DNA of 32,000 nt from Cuniculiplasma divulgatum (GCF_900083515.1 NZ_LT671858.1:870001-902000); one strand, 5' to 3'; positions 8,286-17,610 are shown, counted from the first letter of the stretch. The notes: generated by a model not told the origin, from the sequence alone. Numbers and translations: made by a program.

Positions 8286-8303
8286 CATATATATATAATT
8301 TTT
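8286..8303 (-). promoter_or_regulatory. TATA-like box (minus-strand AAATTATATATATAT) for the small-ORF/rSAM/MFS operon
   Basis: The tract is centred about 36 nt upstream of the ATG at 8258. That spacing is compatible with an archaeal TATA at -26/-27 and a short leader. Confidence 0.3.
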
Positions 8304-8662
8304 CTTATGTGACATATGGCGGAAATATATGGCGTCAGAATCGGGTTAGATTTCCTGTCATTTCGTTCTGTAAGTGCACGTTAAAATTGCCTTAATAACG
8401 TGGTTTTTAATCGAACTCTCAAGTATATCGGTTGTTTATAATAGTAGTGTACATATAAACTACTACAATGTCATTCAAAAGAAGAATAAAGAGGGGTGAC
8501 CGGATCTCTCACCGAACGAACTCCTTGACATTATAGAGAAGATGGAGTATCACGTGAGCAGGGATAACCCTAAGGCTCTCGGAATTAGTTACCGTTTTAA
8601 AAAAGGATATTACGCCTACCTTAACTAAGCCAGGAAATCGAGGATGCATAAAGATGCAGTGA

Positions 8663-8902
8663 ATGCGAGAAAAACTTAAGAGCCTGAATACGAAGGAGAG
8701 GAAGGTAGATAACTTAAACTTCCAGATTAGTGATCTAAACTATATGTGGACTTTCGAACCCGGAAAAGACAAGCACTCTTTTTTTGGAGACAATTTTTGC
8801 TTCCATTTGAGCTATGGAAAATTCACTGAAGCAAATGACTTTAGAATCACAGTCTTTAATTGTGGCTGGGATTCAAAAATTAATCCTTGTGATGAATGTT
8901 AG
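8663..8902 (+). CDS. Hypothetical small protein (79 aa), C-terminal CxxxxxxxxxCxxC-like Cys residues
   Basis: This is a track ORF only and I recognise no motif. Short broken reading frames lie upstream of it. Confidence 0.3.
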   Translation: MREKLKSLNTKERKVDNLNFQISDLNYMWTFEPGKDKHSFFGDNFCFHLSYGKFTEANDFRITVFNCGWDSKINPCDEC

Positions 8903-8933
8903 AAGGAATAGGTTAATGGAGCATAAGCATTTA

Positions 8934-8974
8934 GTATCCACTTAATTAAATAATCTGCTCCCTACCTATCCTTT
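8934..8974. repeat. Composite repeat copy B: gtatccac / ttaattaaataa / cctacctatccttt
   Basis: See copy A. The same blocks occur in a different order. Together the two copies bracket the rSAM/MFS cluster plus ORF 8663..8902. Confidence 0.35.
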
Positions 8975-9119
8975 ACCAATTAGTATCAAATACCCTTATG
9001 CCTAACACAGGTATCTTATATTTAGATTTCTGGAGTGCTGTTGATTCTATCACTAATAGTAATAAGGTGTGAAATCTCGTTTACTACGCCCTTGAAAATT
9101 TAGTTTTTTATTTTGTTTC

Positions 9120-9479
9120 CTAAAGCGATCGTAGGATATGAAAGCGTATGCAATCCATTATACGATCATGATGATTAGAATGATTTAGGGCTACATAGTC
9201 TAGAACTTCCCCTTTTAATGGAAGAACATTTGGATGAGCCATTATCTTTTCCCTTACTGAGTTTAGGTCAGGGATTTTTTGCACCTTATGTCCAGATACA
9301 GATTCTTTAATGAGATTATCTGTATCGATAATCCACTGTGTTATAATCCGTTCAATTTTCTCTTTATTCATTGCAAGCTTTTTACTAATGAATGCTACCG
9401 ATTTGTTATCGCACCTTAGATTTGCAACATCTATTTCATTTTTAGTATTCATAATTGCAAAGTTAATGGTAAATAACAA
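9120..9479 (-). CDS. Hypothetical protein, possible small HTH protein
   Basis: This is a track ORF. The more likely start is MNTKNEIDV at 9452. The segment 'NKSVAFISKKLAMNKEKIERII' looks helix-turn-helix-like, but the support is weak. Confidence 0.4.
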   Translation of the reverse strand: MLFTINFAIMNTKNEIDVANLRCDNKSVAFISKKLAMNKEKIERIITQWIIDTDNLIKESVSGHKVQKIPDLNSVREKIMAHPNVLPLKGEVLDYVALNHSNHHDRIMDCIRFHILRSL

Positions 9480-9659
9480 GTATAAAATGATCCATAGCTT
9501 TGGTTTTATCTATACCTTCTATTCTTTGTTTACTAGGAGTATTTTTTACTTTCTAATTTCATTGTTAATGACCGATACTAAAAGATGATAAAATCTGTCA
9601 CTTTGAAATAGAAAATTGTTAGATATACACGTTATTAAGCAAATTTATGGGATTATCAT

Positions 9660-10907
9660 TTATTTAGTTTTATGAGCTAAATAAAGTATAGCTGCCCCTA
9701 TCAAATAGAAAATTCCAGAAAGAGTGAATAACGCTGTGAACCCTTTGGAAGAGGTTTGACCAAAAAATAAGAGTACACTTCCGTAAATAAGAGGAGAAAA
9801 GGAGGAAGCTCCAGCAATTGAAAGATAGAAATATGACATATACTTCCCTGACTCATTTTCAGGTATTAGATCACTTGCGACGGCAAATGAAACGCTATAA
9901 AAAGTACCATAGGTTGCCCCAATTATTGACCCCAGAATGAGGAAGATATAGAAAGATCTAAAATAAGGAATAATGAATGTAGGGATCGATGCTGCAATTG
10001 CATCAGCTATTATAATATTCCACCTCCCCAATCTGGTTGAGAAATGACCTAGTACCATTGCAGAAGCAGATGATACAATGATGACCACTATTCCCGCAAT
10101 TCCAACATAAATCGCAGCATTTGAAAAATTAAGAACCTCTTTGAAAAAGTACAATTCAAAGTATGTAAGCCCTGTTATTCCAGAAAAGACAAAAAAGCTT
10201 CCTGCAATTAGTTTCCCAAACTTTATCAAGTTAATTGGGAAGTTTCTTATGCTGGATATATGCGGTAAGGAGATACTGGTATAGTTCATATTGATGGATA
10301 AAAAAGTGTTTCTCCTGGCATGTAAAGCAAGTAATGTTCCAGTTCCAGTGATTGCTACACCAGCGGCAATGGCGTAAAAATCATAATTCACAAATGGAGA
10401 TGATATCAGGTATGATGTAAGCCCAAATCCAAGACCTATTCCCATAAGGGAGAAAAGTCCATTTATTCCAGCTGATGTCCCTCTCTGATCCTTATTCTGA
10501 ATTTCTGCCAACACTGGCTGTGTTGCCCCTATTGCCATGTTTGAAAATGCCTGGAGCAGGATATAACCCGAAAGAATTCCTGGTAAGGAGCCAGATATAA
10601 ATGGCTCTAAAATTAGTGTAAGAATTACGACAACTACTCCCGCGATTATGTATGGGTATCTCAAGGATTTTCCATTTCTCAATCTGTCGCTGAGTATTCC
10701 GGCCAAAAGATTTCCCATCATTCCAAGAGCATTCCCCACAGATGCAGTAATTCCCAGTATAAACCCCACCTGACTTGGATCAACTACCGCTCCTATTTGA
10801 GTAGGAAGTATAAGTGATTCAAGTGAAATCCACAGATAATTAGATCCAAGATATAGCATATTATATCCGAACAAAAATCGATTTCTGACTCTTTGTAACG
10901 AGTCCAT
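9660..10907 (-). CDS. MFS transporter
   Basis: The 415-aa protein has about 12 hydrophobic segments and motif A 'GILSDRLRNGKS' after TM2. Confidence 0.85.
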   Translation of the reverse strand: MDSLQRVRNRFLFGYNMLYLGSNYLWISLESLILPTQIGAVVDPSQVGFILGITASVGNALGMMGNLLAGILSDRLRNGKSLRYPYIIAGVVVVILTLILEPFISGSLPGILSGYILLQAFSNMAIGATQPVLAEIQNKDQRGTSAGINGLFSLMGIGLGFGLTSYLISSPFVNYDFYAIAAGVAITGTGTLLALHARRNTFLSINMNYTSISLPHISSIRNFPINLIKFGKLIAGSFFVFSGITGLTYFELYFFKEVLNFSNAAIYVGIAGIVVIIVSSASAMVLGHFSTRLGRWNIIIADAIAASIPTFIIPYFRSFYIFLILGSIIGATYGTFYSVSFAVASDLIPENESGKYMSYFYLSIAGASSFSPLIYGSVLLFFGQTSSKGFTALFTLSGIFYLIGAAILYLAHKTK

Positions 10908-11212
10908 TTAAAAAATCAATATATTATGCTTCTATTAAACATTTTTAAGTATGATACTCAAATGCAATTTCTTAGTGATGATCCATGCTAAAATCAATAA
11001 GGAAAGCTGTGGAAAAAATAGAACGTTTTTAGAATTTGTAGTCAAAGAAAACCATTGCAAAGATAGATAATATATTGTACAATCAAATACTAGCATATTA
11101 CCACTAAAAGGGTTGTAATATCCTTTTTCTATTAACAATAATGATATGAAAGGTTTTAGGGAAGATTAATCTATAAATGAACATAAGTGATCTAGGTAAG
11201 TAAAGTGATACT

Positions 11213-12262
11213 ATGATTAAAATTATTACTGATTCTACCATAAAAACTGGGGTTGGGAGATATGCATTAAACCTCTCCATTGCACTTTCGGCAGAACTTA
11301 TTTCCCTCAGAAAGGACAACAGCAAAAAATTGAGTGATTATGGGGGAACAATAATGAATGGTATAAGGACTGGAGGAATAACTTCTGGTTATTATCTTAA
11401 TGAAAGATACTCAAAATTGGCGTTTAGAAATTGTGAGAGATACCTTAAAAAGAGTCAGGTCGATGATATGATACTTCACTATTCCAATCCAGGCATTAGG
11501 AAATTTGATCTTAAAGTCCAAGAAGTGGTTACATTTCACGATCTTTTTCCTCTGAAAAATAAAGGACCGGGGAAGATTGAGAAAATTAAGGTTAAAAATT
11601 TTTTGTCCTTTATGAATTCAGGCAATATATTAACAATTTCTAACGTTGTCATGAATGATCTTAAAAAGTATGGATTCAAAGGAAACATTCAGGTTATACA
11701 TCATCCAGTATCTCAAAATTTTAGAAAATTATCAGAATCAAAGGAATCCATAAGAAAAAAACTCAATTTACCTATTAATAAGAAATTAATTCTCAGCGTT
11801 TCAACCGCGGCGTTGAACAAAAATCTTAATGTAGTTCAGAAAACCCTAAAACTCCTTGGGAACAACTACAATCTGGTAAGAGTTGGACCGGAATTAAATG
11901 ACTCGATTAACTTCCAAAATATAGATGAAGAACAGTTAAATATGATCTATAACGCGTGTGATGTCCTACTAATTCCATCATCATCAGAAGGATTCGGTTT
12001 TCCAGTTATAGAGGCTTTTGCAACTGGTCTTCCTGTAGTTGCCTCAGACATAGAAATATTTAGAGAAATCACACGAGATAGTGCAATTTTATCCAAAATC
12101 GACCCAGAAGAACTCAGTCATTCCGTGGTTAATGCTATTGATCAAAGAGAAGCGTATTCAAATAAAGGCCTGGAAACAGCTAAATATTACAGTTTTGACA
12201 ATTTTAAAAATAATGTTAGAAGTTATTATTCAAAGAACTTTGGGATAAATTTTAATGAATAG
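11213..12262 (+). CDS. Glycosyltransferase, GT4 (GT-B fold) family
   Basis: The C-terminal domain carries the E-x7-E motif 'SSEGFGFPVIEAFATGLPVVASD'. The size is 349 aa. Confidence 0.8.
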   Translation: MIKIITDSTIKTGVGRYALNLSIALSAELISLRKDNSKKLSDYGGTIMNGIRTGGITSGYYLNERYSKLAFRNCERYLKKSQVDDMILHYSNPGIRKFDLKVQEVVTFHDLFPLKNKGPGKIEKIKVKNFLSFMNSGNILTISNVVMNDLKKYGFKGNIQVIHHPVSQNFRKLSESKESIRKKLNLPINKKLILSVSTAALNKNLNVVQKTLKLLGNNYNLVRVGPELNDSINFQNIDEEQLNMIYNACDVLLIPSSSEGFGFPVIEAFATGLPVVASDIEIFREITRDSAILSKIDPEELSHSVVNAIDQREAYSNKGLETAKYYSFDNFKNNVRSYYSKNFGINFNE

Positions 12263-12435
12263 TAAGTTTTTATAAAACACATCCAACCTATATAAATTTT
12301 GAAGCAAGTACTTTTATTTAGTTTCCAATGGATTTTTACAATCTTCCAGTCTAATATATTTTGTTTGTAAAAATACCAAGTCTAGTGATGAGGTGTATAC
12401 TTTTTGTAATCGACATGAATTCATTTATAGAGAAA

Positions 12436-12513
12436 TTTATCGATTATAAACATTAGCAGCGATTTTAAATTGATAACTTATATGTACTATAATCAATTTA
12501 GATAATCGATAAA
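12436..12513. promoter_or_regulatory. 12-bp inverted repeat pair TTTATCGATTAT ... ATAATCGATAAA upstream of the hemerythrin-like gene
   Basis: The arms lie at 12436-12447 and 12502-12513 and are exact reverse complements. Each is centred on palindromic ATCGAT. The second arm ends 23 nt before the ATG. Confidence 0.3.
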
Positions 12514-12535
12514 TACGTAATAAAGATTCAAAGAT

Positions 12536-12967
12536 ATGGATACAGGAAACTACTCCAAAGATGTACATAAACAATCAAGGTTATGGTTAAAAAAGATTAT
12601 GGGTGATTTAGAAGGAGGTACCTTGGATTTAGATCTCTACAATGATTTTCAAACAGAATTAAAGGATCACATTTTTGAGGAGGAAACTTTTATTTTTAAG
12701 ATGTTTAAAGAAAATGGGAAATTAAAGAATGAAATCTTAGGATTAGAGACGGAACATGCAGCGATGTGGAGATTGACTAATCTCATAAATTCGGAGATTG
12801 AAACGAAAAGATTTCAAAAAATAGAGAAATATTTTGATGAATTATTTCGAATACTTACTCAGCATAATGAACGGGAAGAACAGCTAATATACTCAAACCT
12901 CGCCGATTCTATACATGTTGCTGCGAAAAGGCCACAGGATTGGGTTTGCAGAAAGTTAATATCGTAA
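12536..12967 (+). CDS. Hemerythrin-like (HHE cation-binding) domain protein
   Basis: Paired H/E motifs 'DHIFEEE', 'ETEHAAMW' and 'TQHNEREEQ' are spaced as in a four-helix hemerythrin-like domain. Confidence 0.6.
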   Translation: MDTGNYSKDVHKQSRLWLKKIMGDLEGGTLDLDLYNDFQTELKDHIFEEETFIFKMFKENGKLKNEILGLETEHAAMWRLTNLINSEIETKRFQKIEKYFDELFRILTQHNEREEQLIYSNLADSIHVAAKRPQDWVCRKLIS

Positions 12968-13066
12968 TTTAATTAAATTGAAAGCGCATCTAAGAATGCA
13001 CAAAAAATAATCAATTCCGTTTTAAATTATGTTAAAGCATATATCCATTAATTAAATTAACTTATT

Positions 13067-14785
13067 ATGACCCAGACAAATGACTTCTATAAAAGAAAAT
13101 TAAATGAAGCTGTTGAGAGAAACAGCAGGAATCAAAGTTCAAAGGAAAAAAAATGGAGAGATTATACGTTAGAACCCTGGAACAAGAAGACTAAATATAA
13201 GGAGAAGAAATATGTTAATTCGTCTAATATAAATATAAAAGACCTTTACACAAAAGAAGACGTTCCACAGAATGAGGAATACTTACTGGGCTTTCCGGGA
13301 GAATATCCCTTTACCAGAGGAGTCTACCCTAATATGTATCGTGGAAAATACTGGACCATGAGGATGTTTTCAGGATTTGGAACACCGGAAGATACGAATT
13401 CCAGACTAAAATATCTCATTTCACATGGGGAAACGGGACTTAGTATAGCTTTTGATATGCCTACTCTTTATGGATACGATTGCGATAATGTTAGGTCAGA
13501 GGGTGAGATTGGAAAATGCGGCGTAAATGTAACTTCACTGAAAGATATGGAAGTTGTATTTGATGGAATAGATCTTTCGAAAGTAACAACATCGATGACC
13601 ATAAATGCCCCTGCGGCAGTTCTTACTGCTATGTATTTTGCAATAGCTCAAAAAAAAGGAATTAGTCTTGATAAAATAGGTGGAACAGTACAGGCTGATA
13701 TACTTAAAGAATACATAGCACAAAAGGAATGGATTTATCCACCTGAAGCCCACTTGAGAATTATAAGGGATATGATGATTTACTGCACTGAAAATGCCCC
13801 AAAGTGGAATTATATAAGCATTTCTGGTTATCATATAAGGGAAGCGGGGGCAAGTGCCGTCCAGGAACTTGCATTCACACTTGCAGATGGTTTTTATTAC
13901 GTTGACATGGGTATAAAGGCAGGTCTCGATCCGAATAAATTTGCTCCAAGATTGTCCTTTTTCTTTAATTCTTCAATTAACTTCTTTGAGGAAATAGCAA
14001 AAATGAGAGCAGCCAGGAGAATATGGGCAACAGTACTAAAAGAGAAGTTTGGAGTAACAGATCCACGTGCTCAGATGCTTCGTTTTCACACTCAAACTTC
14101 AGGATATACATTAACCTGGCAGCAGCCCCTCAATAACATCATAAGGACAACTGTAGAGGCTATGGCAGCAGTGCTTGGGGGTACACAAAGTTTACATACA
14201 AATTCTTATGATGAAGCCATGGCACTACCATCTGAGGATGCAGTGAAGATAGCTCTTAGAACCCAACAGATTTTAGCCGAAGAAACTGGAATAACTGATA
14301 CAATAGATCCTCTAGCTGGATCTTATTATATGGAAGCCTTAACCAATAAGGTAGAAGAGGAAGCCTACAGGTACTTTGATAAGATAGAGTCTATGGGCGG
14401 TATCCTTAATGCAGTCAAAAATGGTTATATTCAAAGAGAGATAGCTGCAACCTCTTATAGAAGGCAAAAAAGACTCGAATCTGGAGAAGAAATAATGGTC
14501 GGTGTTAATAAATATGTTGAGGAAAATGAAAAGCCAATCAATATTCTAAAGATATCAAGGGAAGCCGAAAAGATCCAACTTGCGAGACTAAAAAAAGTTA
14601 AGGAACTAAGAAATGAGGATGAGGTAAGAAAGGCACTGGAAGAATTGAGGAATGCATTCAAGGATGAAAACAAAAATATCATGCCTTATCTTATAGAGGC
14701 TGCTAAGGAGTACGCCACAATCGAAGAAATATCAAATGTTGGGAGGGAAATATATGGTGGATGGAAAGAACCAGTCATTGTTTAA
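13067..14785 (+). CDS. Methylmalonyl-CoA mutase, large (catalytic, substrate-binding) subunit
   Basis: The canonical N-terminal motifs 'FPGEYPFTRGVYPNMYRGKYWTMRMFSGFGTPEDTN' and 'GETGLSIAFDMPTLYGYD' are present. The 572-aa protein lacks the B12 domain, which is the split archaeal form. Confidence 0.95.
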   Translation: MTQTNDFYKRKLNEAVERNSRNQSSKEKKWRDYTLEPWNKKTKYKEKKYVNSSNINIKDLYTKEDVPQNEEYLLGFPGEYPFTRGVYPNMYRGKYWTMRMFSGFGTPEDTNSRLKYLISHGETGLSIAFDMPTLYGYDCDNVRSEGEIGKCGVNVTSLKDMEVVFDGIDLSKVTTSMTINAPAAVLTAMYFAIAQKKGISLDKIGGTVQADILKEYIAQKEWIYPPEAHLRIIRDMMIYCTENAPKWNYISISGYHIREAGASAVQELAFTLADGFYYVDMGIKAGLDPNKFAPRLSFFFNSSINFFEEIAKMRAARRIWATVLKEKFGVTDPRAQMLRFHTQTSGYTLTWQQPLNNIIRTTVEAMAAVLGGTQSLHTNSYDEAMALPSEDAVKIALRTQQILAEETGITDTIDPLAGSYYMEALTNKVEEEAYRYFDKIESMGGILNAVKNGYIQREIAATSYRRQKRLESGEEIMVGVNKYVEENEKPINILKISREAEKIQLARLKKVKELRNEDEVRKALEELRNAFKDENKNIMPYLIEAAKEYATIEEISNVGREIYGGWKEPVIV

Positions 14786-15200
14786 GGACAAACCCATAAA
14801 AGTTCTGCTTGCAAAACCCGGGATTGATGGACATGACAGAGGAATACTTGTTCTAGCAAGGGCATTCAGAGATGCTGGGATGGAGGTACTGTATGCTGGA
14901 CTTCTTCCAACGCCAGAGGAGGTAATAGATACAGCTGTGAATGAGGATGTGGATGTGGTTGCCCTAAGTTTATTGAATGGTGCCCATATGACCGTTTTCA
15001 AAAAGGTTGCTGAAATAATGAAATCAAGGAATATAGACGACATAGCCCTCGTTGGTGGGGGAACCATTCCAGACGAAGATAAGCCTGAACTCGAAAAGAT
15101 GGGTATAACTGGTAACTACGGCCCCGGAACGCCCCTATCTGTCATCATAGATCATGTAACAAAAAGAGCCAGTGAAGCAAGGGAGCGAAAGATCAGGTGA
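14754..15200 (+). CDS. Methylmalonyl-CoA mutase, small B12-binding subunit
   Basis: It has the DxHxxG motif 'GIDGHDRG' and 'LVGGGTIP'. I prefer the ATG at 14754, preceded by GGGAGG, over the track start at 14736. It overlaps the large-subunit stop. Confidence 0.9.
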   Translation: MVDGKNQSLFKDKPIKVLLAKPGIDGHDRGILVLARAFRDAGMEVLYAGLLPTPEEVIDTAVNEDVDVVALSLLNGAHMTVFKKVAEIMKSRNIDDIALVGGGTIPDEDKPELEKMGITGNYGPGTPLSVIIDHVTKRASEARERKIR

Positions 15201-16149
15201 TTTCACGGATATAGACGATCTGATCAGAAGGATTAGGGAAGGAGATAAGCAGGCGATAGCAAGATCCATTTCACTGGTTGAGGGTGCAAATATGATCCTC
15301 AAAAAGGAACTTCTTACTAAGCTTTATCCCTACACAGGACACTCTCAGGTAGTTGGGATCACTGGTCCTCCAGGAATAGGAAAAAGTACTCTTATAGGAA
15401 ATTTATCCTCGCTAATAAAGAATTCTGGGAAATCTGTTGCGGTTTTGGCCATAGACGCATCCAGTCCGTACACTGGTGGCTCATTGCTTGGAAATAGAAT
15501 CAGGATGCAGGAACAACTCTGGGAAAATAAAATCTATATGAGGAGTCTTGCAAATAGGGGGACAAAGGGGGGACTTGCCGATTCGGCTCTTGGTTCAGTG
15601 AGTATTCTTGATGCATCAGGTTTTGATTATATAATTATAGAAACTGTGGGAGCTGGCCAAGCCGATCTGGACATAATGAATCTAGCTGATACAACTATTC
15701 TTATACTGGCTCCTGGACTCGGAGATCAGGTACAGGCTATTAAGGCTGGAATTATGGAAATAGCTGATATATTTGATATAAATAAGATGGATAGAGACGG
15801 ATCCTATTTTGCAATGAAAGACATCGAGGAGACCCTATCACTCGATGAGAATCGAAGCTTTCCAAGGGAGGTTGTAGGTTCCACAAATACAAACCTAGAA
15901 AGTTATAAAGAACTTTTTGCCGCCATTAACCGACATAGAAAATACCTTGAGGGTTCTGATCAACTAGGAAAAAAGAGGCTTGATTTTGGGTTGAAGTGGG
16001 TTCTGGAATCAGAACTAAGAGAGAAGCTTATAGAGCCCATTATAGAGAGATTTCATCAAAGGGAGAAAAATAAAAGAGGCAACTATTATCAAGATATAGA
16101 CCATTTAATATCGAATATTAACATAGAAGACCTGATGGAAAAAATTTAG
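15172..16149 (+). CDS. meaB: MeaB/ArgK-type G3E GTPase (mutase chaperone)
   Basis: It has the P-loop 'GPPGIGKST', 'ETVGAGQ' and the NKxD-like motif 'INKMD'. It sits immediately downstream of the mutase subunits. The GTG start overlaps the preceding gene. Confidence 0.9.
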   Translation: MKQGSERSGDFTDIDDLIRRIREGDKQAIARSISLVEGANMILKKELLTKLYPYTGHSQVVGITGPPGIGKSTLIGNLSSLIKNSGKSVAVLAIDASSPYTGGSLLGNRIRMQEQLWENKIYMRSLANRGTKGGLADSALGSVSILDASGFDYIIIETVGAGQADLDIMNLADTTILILAPGLGDQVQAIKAGIMEIADIFDINKMDRDGSYFAMKDIEETLSLDENRSFPREVVGSTNTNLESYKELFAAINRHRKYLEGSDQLGKKRLDFGLKWVLESELREKLIEPIIERFHQREKNKRGNYYQDIDHLISNINIEDLMEKI

Positions 16150-16159
16150 TATTCTGGTT

Positions 16160-17086
16160 CTAATTGTTTTTGTTTTTATCAAGGTTAAATTGGTGTTCTC
16201 TTTTTCTTAAAATTACTGGTCTGAATCTCCTGGGGAAATATTTCAATGCAATATAGGATTTGAATTGTATCCATCTTCTGCTTAACGGTATATATTTACA
16301 CGTTATGAATGTAAACACGTGATCAGGTCTGATCTCAGGATTAAATTGAAATCTACCCATCTTTAAATCGCATATCATTGCTGCCATATATCGCCTGGCC
16401 TTTCTTTTTTCAAGCAGTGAAAGTACCATTTCTGCGTTTTTAAGATAGTTTTGATAAGCCTTATAAGATTTCATTTTATACTCCTCAAAACTCATATTTT
16501 CAAAATTTGAAGTACTTGAATGAAGAAGATAAAAAGTAAGTGGAGTTTTATCATCAATTAACTTTCCACCATAATTTAGAGCAAGTGAAAACACTATTGG
16601 ATCCTGAAAGAATGATATTTTTTCAATTATGTTCTCATTTAATGCAAGTTTTTTAATTGAAATATTTGACATTCCAAAATCTATGGAATCATGTTTGAAA
16701 TTTGCCGGGCTACCATCTTCCTTTATGGCTGAAATACCATTATGGTAATATGTGAGCTCTTTATTTTCATAGAATTTCCTATAGACTGTTTCTAATTTCA
16801 TATTCATAAATTGGTCATCATCGTCCAGAAAACATATAACGTTTCCAGCTGAAGCTTTTAAACCCTCCACAATAAGTGACCCTGCTATACCATCCTTAAA
16901 GATCACCTTTATACTTTTTGAACTTAGGTAGTTATCGATAATTTCATCTTTCCAGTTCTTAACAACAATTACCTCATAATCTGAAGCCCTAAGGGTTTGG
17001 TTAAGCGCACTATCAACTGCCTTTATAAGGAAATCTTTTCTGTTGTAGGCCCTTATTATAACAGTAATAAATTCGCTCTTATGCAC
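16160..17086 (-). CDS. Glycosyltransferase family 2
   Basis: It has the N-terminal GT-A signature 'VIIRAYNRKDFLIKAVDSALNQT' and the DxD motif 'FLDDDD'. Confidence 0.8.
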   Translation of the reverse strand: MHKSEFITVIIRAYNRKDFLIKAVDSALNQTLRASDYEVIVVKNWKDEIIDNYLSSKSIKVIFKDGIAGSLIVEGLKASAGNVICFLDDDDQFMNMKLETVYRKFYENKELTYYHNGISAIKEDGSPANFKHDSIDFGMSNISIKKLALNENIIEKISFFQDPIVFSLALNYGGKLIDDKTPLTFYLLHSSTSNFENMSFEEYKMKSYKAYQNYLKNAEMVLSLLEKRKARRYMAAMICDLKMGRFQFNPEIRPDHVFTFITCKYIPLSRRWIQFKSYIALKYFPRRFRPVILRKREHQFNLDKNKNN

Positions 17087-17177
17087 GTCAGATAATGCAA
17101 TAAATCATAATTATCTTTTCACTTCACTTGAAATTAAAAATTATTAACTGTTTCTGTGTATATTTTCTCTAATAAAG

Positions 17178-17187
17178 CTTTAAATAA
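17178..17187 (+). promoter_or_regulatory. TATA box (CTTTAAATAA) of hsp20; the spacing implies a leaderless or near-leaderless mRNA
   Basis: It is centred about 26 nt upstream of the ATG at 17208. Confidence 0.35.
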
Positions 17188-17207
17188 GTTATTGAAATAT
17201 TTAGCGT

Positions 17208-17597
17208 ATGACAACAATATATGGACCGTTGAAATTTATGGCTGATGAATTTATGAAGAACGTAAATGATAGAGCTAAGGAAGTTCTAACTTATCTATAC
17301 CCTCCAGTAAGGATGTATGAGGATAATGGAGAAATCGTGATTGAAGCTGACATGCCAGGATTTGATAAAAAAGATATTAAGGTAACATCAAGTAAGATGT
17401 CTATTGAGATATCCGCATCAAGAAAGTCTCCAGAGAATGTAAACATGTTGCTTGATCAGAGACCAGATAAAATTTGGAAATCAGTTAGGCTTCCAGTTGA
17501 ACTTGACCATGATGCGGCCATATCAGCAAAATATACCTCAGGGGTTCTTTACGTAAGAGCACCAATTAAAGGGTTAAAAACCGTTAAGATAGAGTAG
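17208..17597 (+). CDS. hsp20: Small heat-shock protein, Hsp20/alpha-crystallin family
   Basis: The alpha-crystallin domain pattern is present: 'YEDNGEIVIEADMPGFDKKDIKV', 'RLPVELD' and 'GVLYVRAPIK'. Confidence 0.9.
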   Translation: MTTIYGPLKFMADEFMKNVNDRAKEVLTYLYPPVRMYEDNGEIVIEADMPGFDKKDIKVTSSKMSIEISASRKSPENVNMLLDQRPDKIWKSVRLPVELDHDAAISAKYTSGVLYVRAPIKGLKTVKIE

Positions 17598-17610
17598 ATA
17601 TATTAATATA

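Noticed and set aside
1-8300. Compositional (GC) evidence for foreign origin of the prim-pol module and of the rSAM island.
   Set aside because: Hand counts of a handful of 60-nt lines were higher in 1-2500 but very noisy elsewhere (28-52%). That is not robust enough to claim, and it needs a computed sliding-window GC/codon analysis.
8468-8660. Several short broken frames, for example 'PDLSPNELLDIIEKMEYHVSRDNPKALGISYRFKKGYYAYLN'. I considered these as a decayed transposase or HTH gene.
   Set aside because: Each piece is under 45 codons, there is no start-to-stop coherent gene, and I cannot assign a family by eye. It would need a translated database search.
10935-11325. Two minus-strand track ORFs (10935..11138, 11104..11325) in the MFS/GT4 divergent intergenic region.
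   Set aside because: They overlap each other and the GT4 start, show no motifs, and have composition typical of AT-rich intergenic DNA. They are more likely promoter space.
13067-16149. Split methylmalonyl-CoA mutase (large subunit, B12 subunit) plus MeaB as something unusual.
   Set aside because: This split arrangement with overlapping genes is the standard archaeal organisation, so it is an ordinary metabolic operon.
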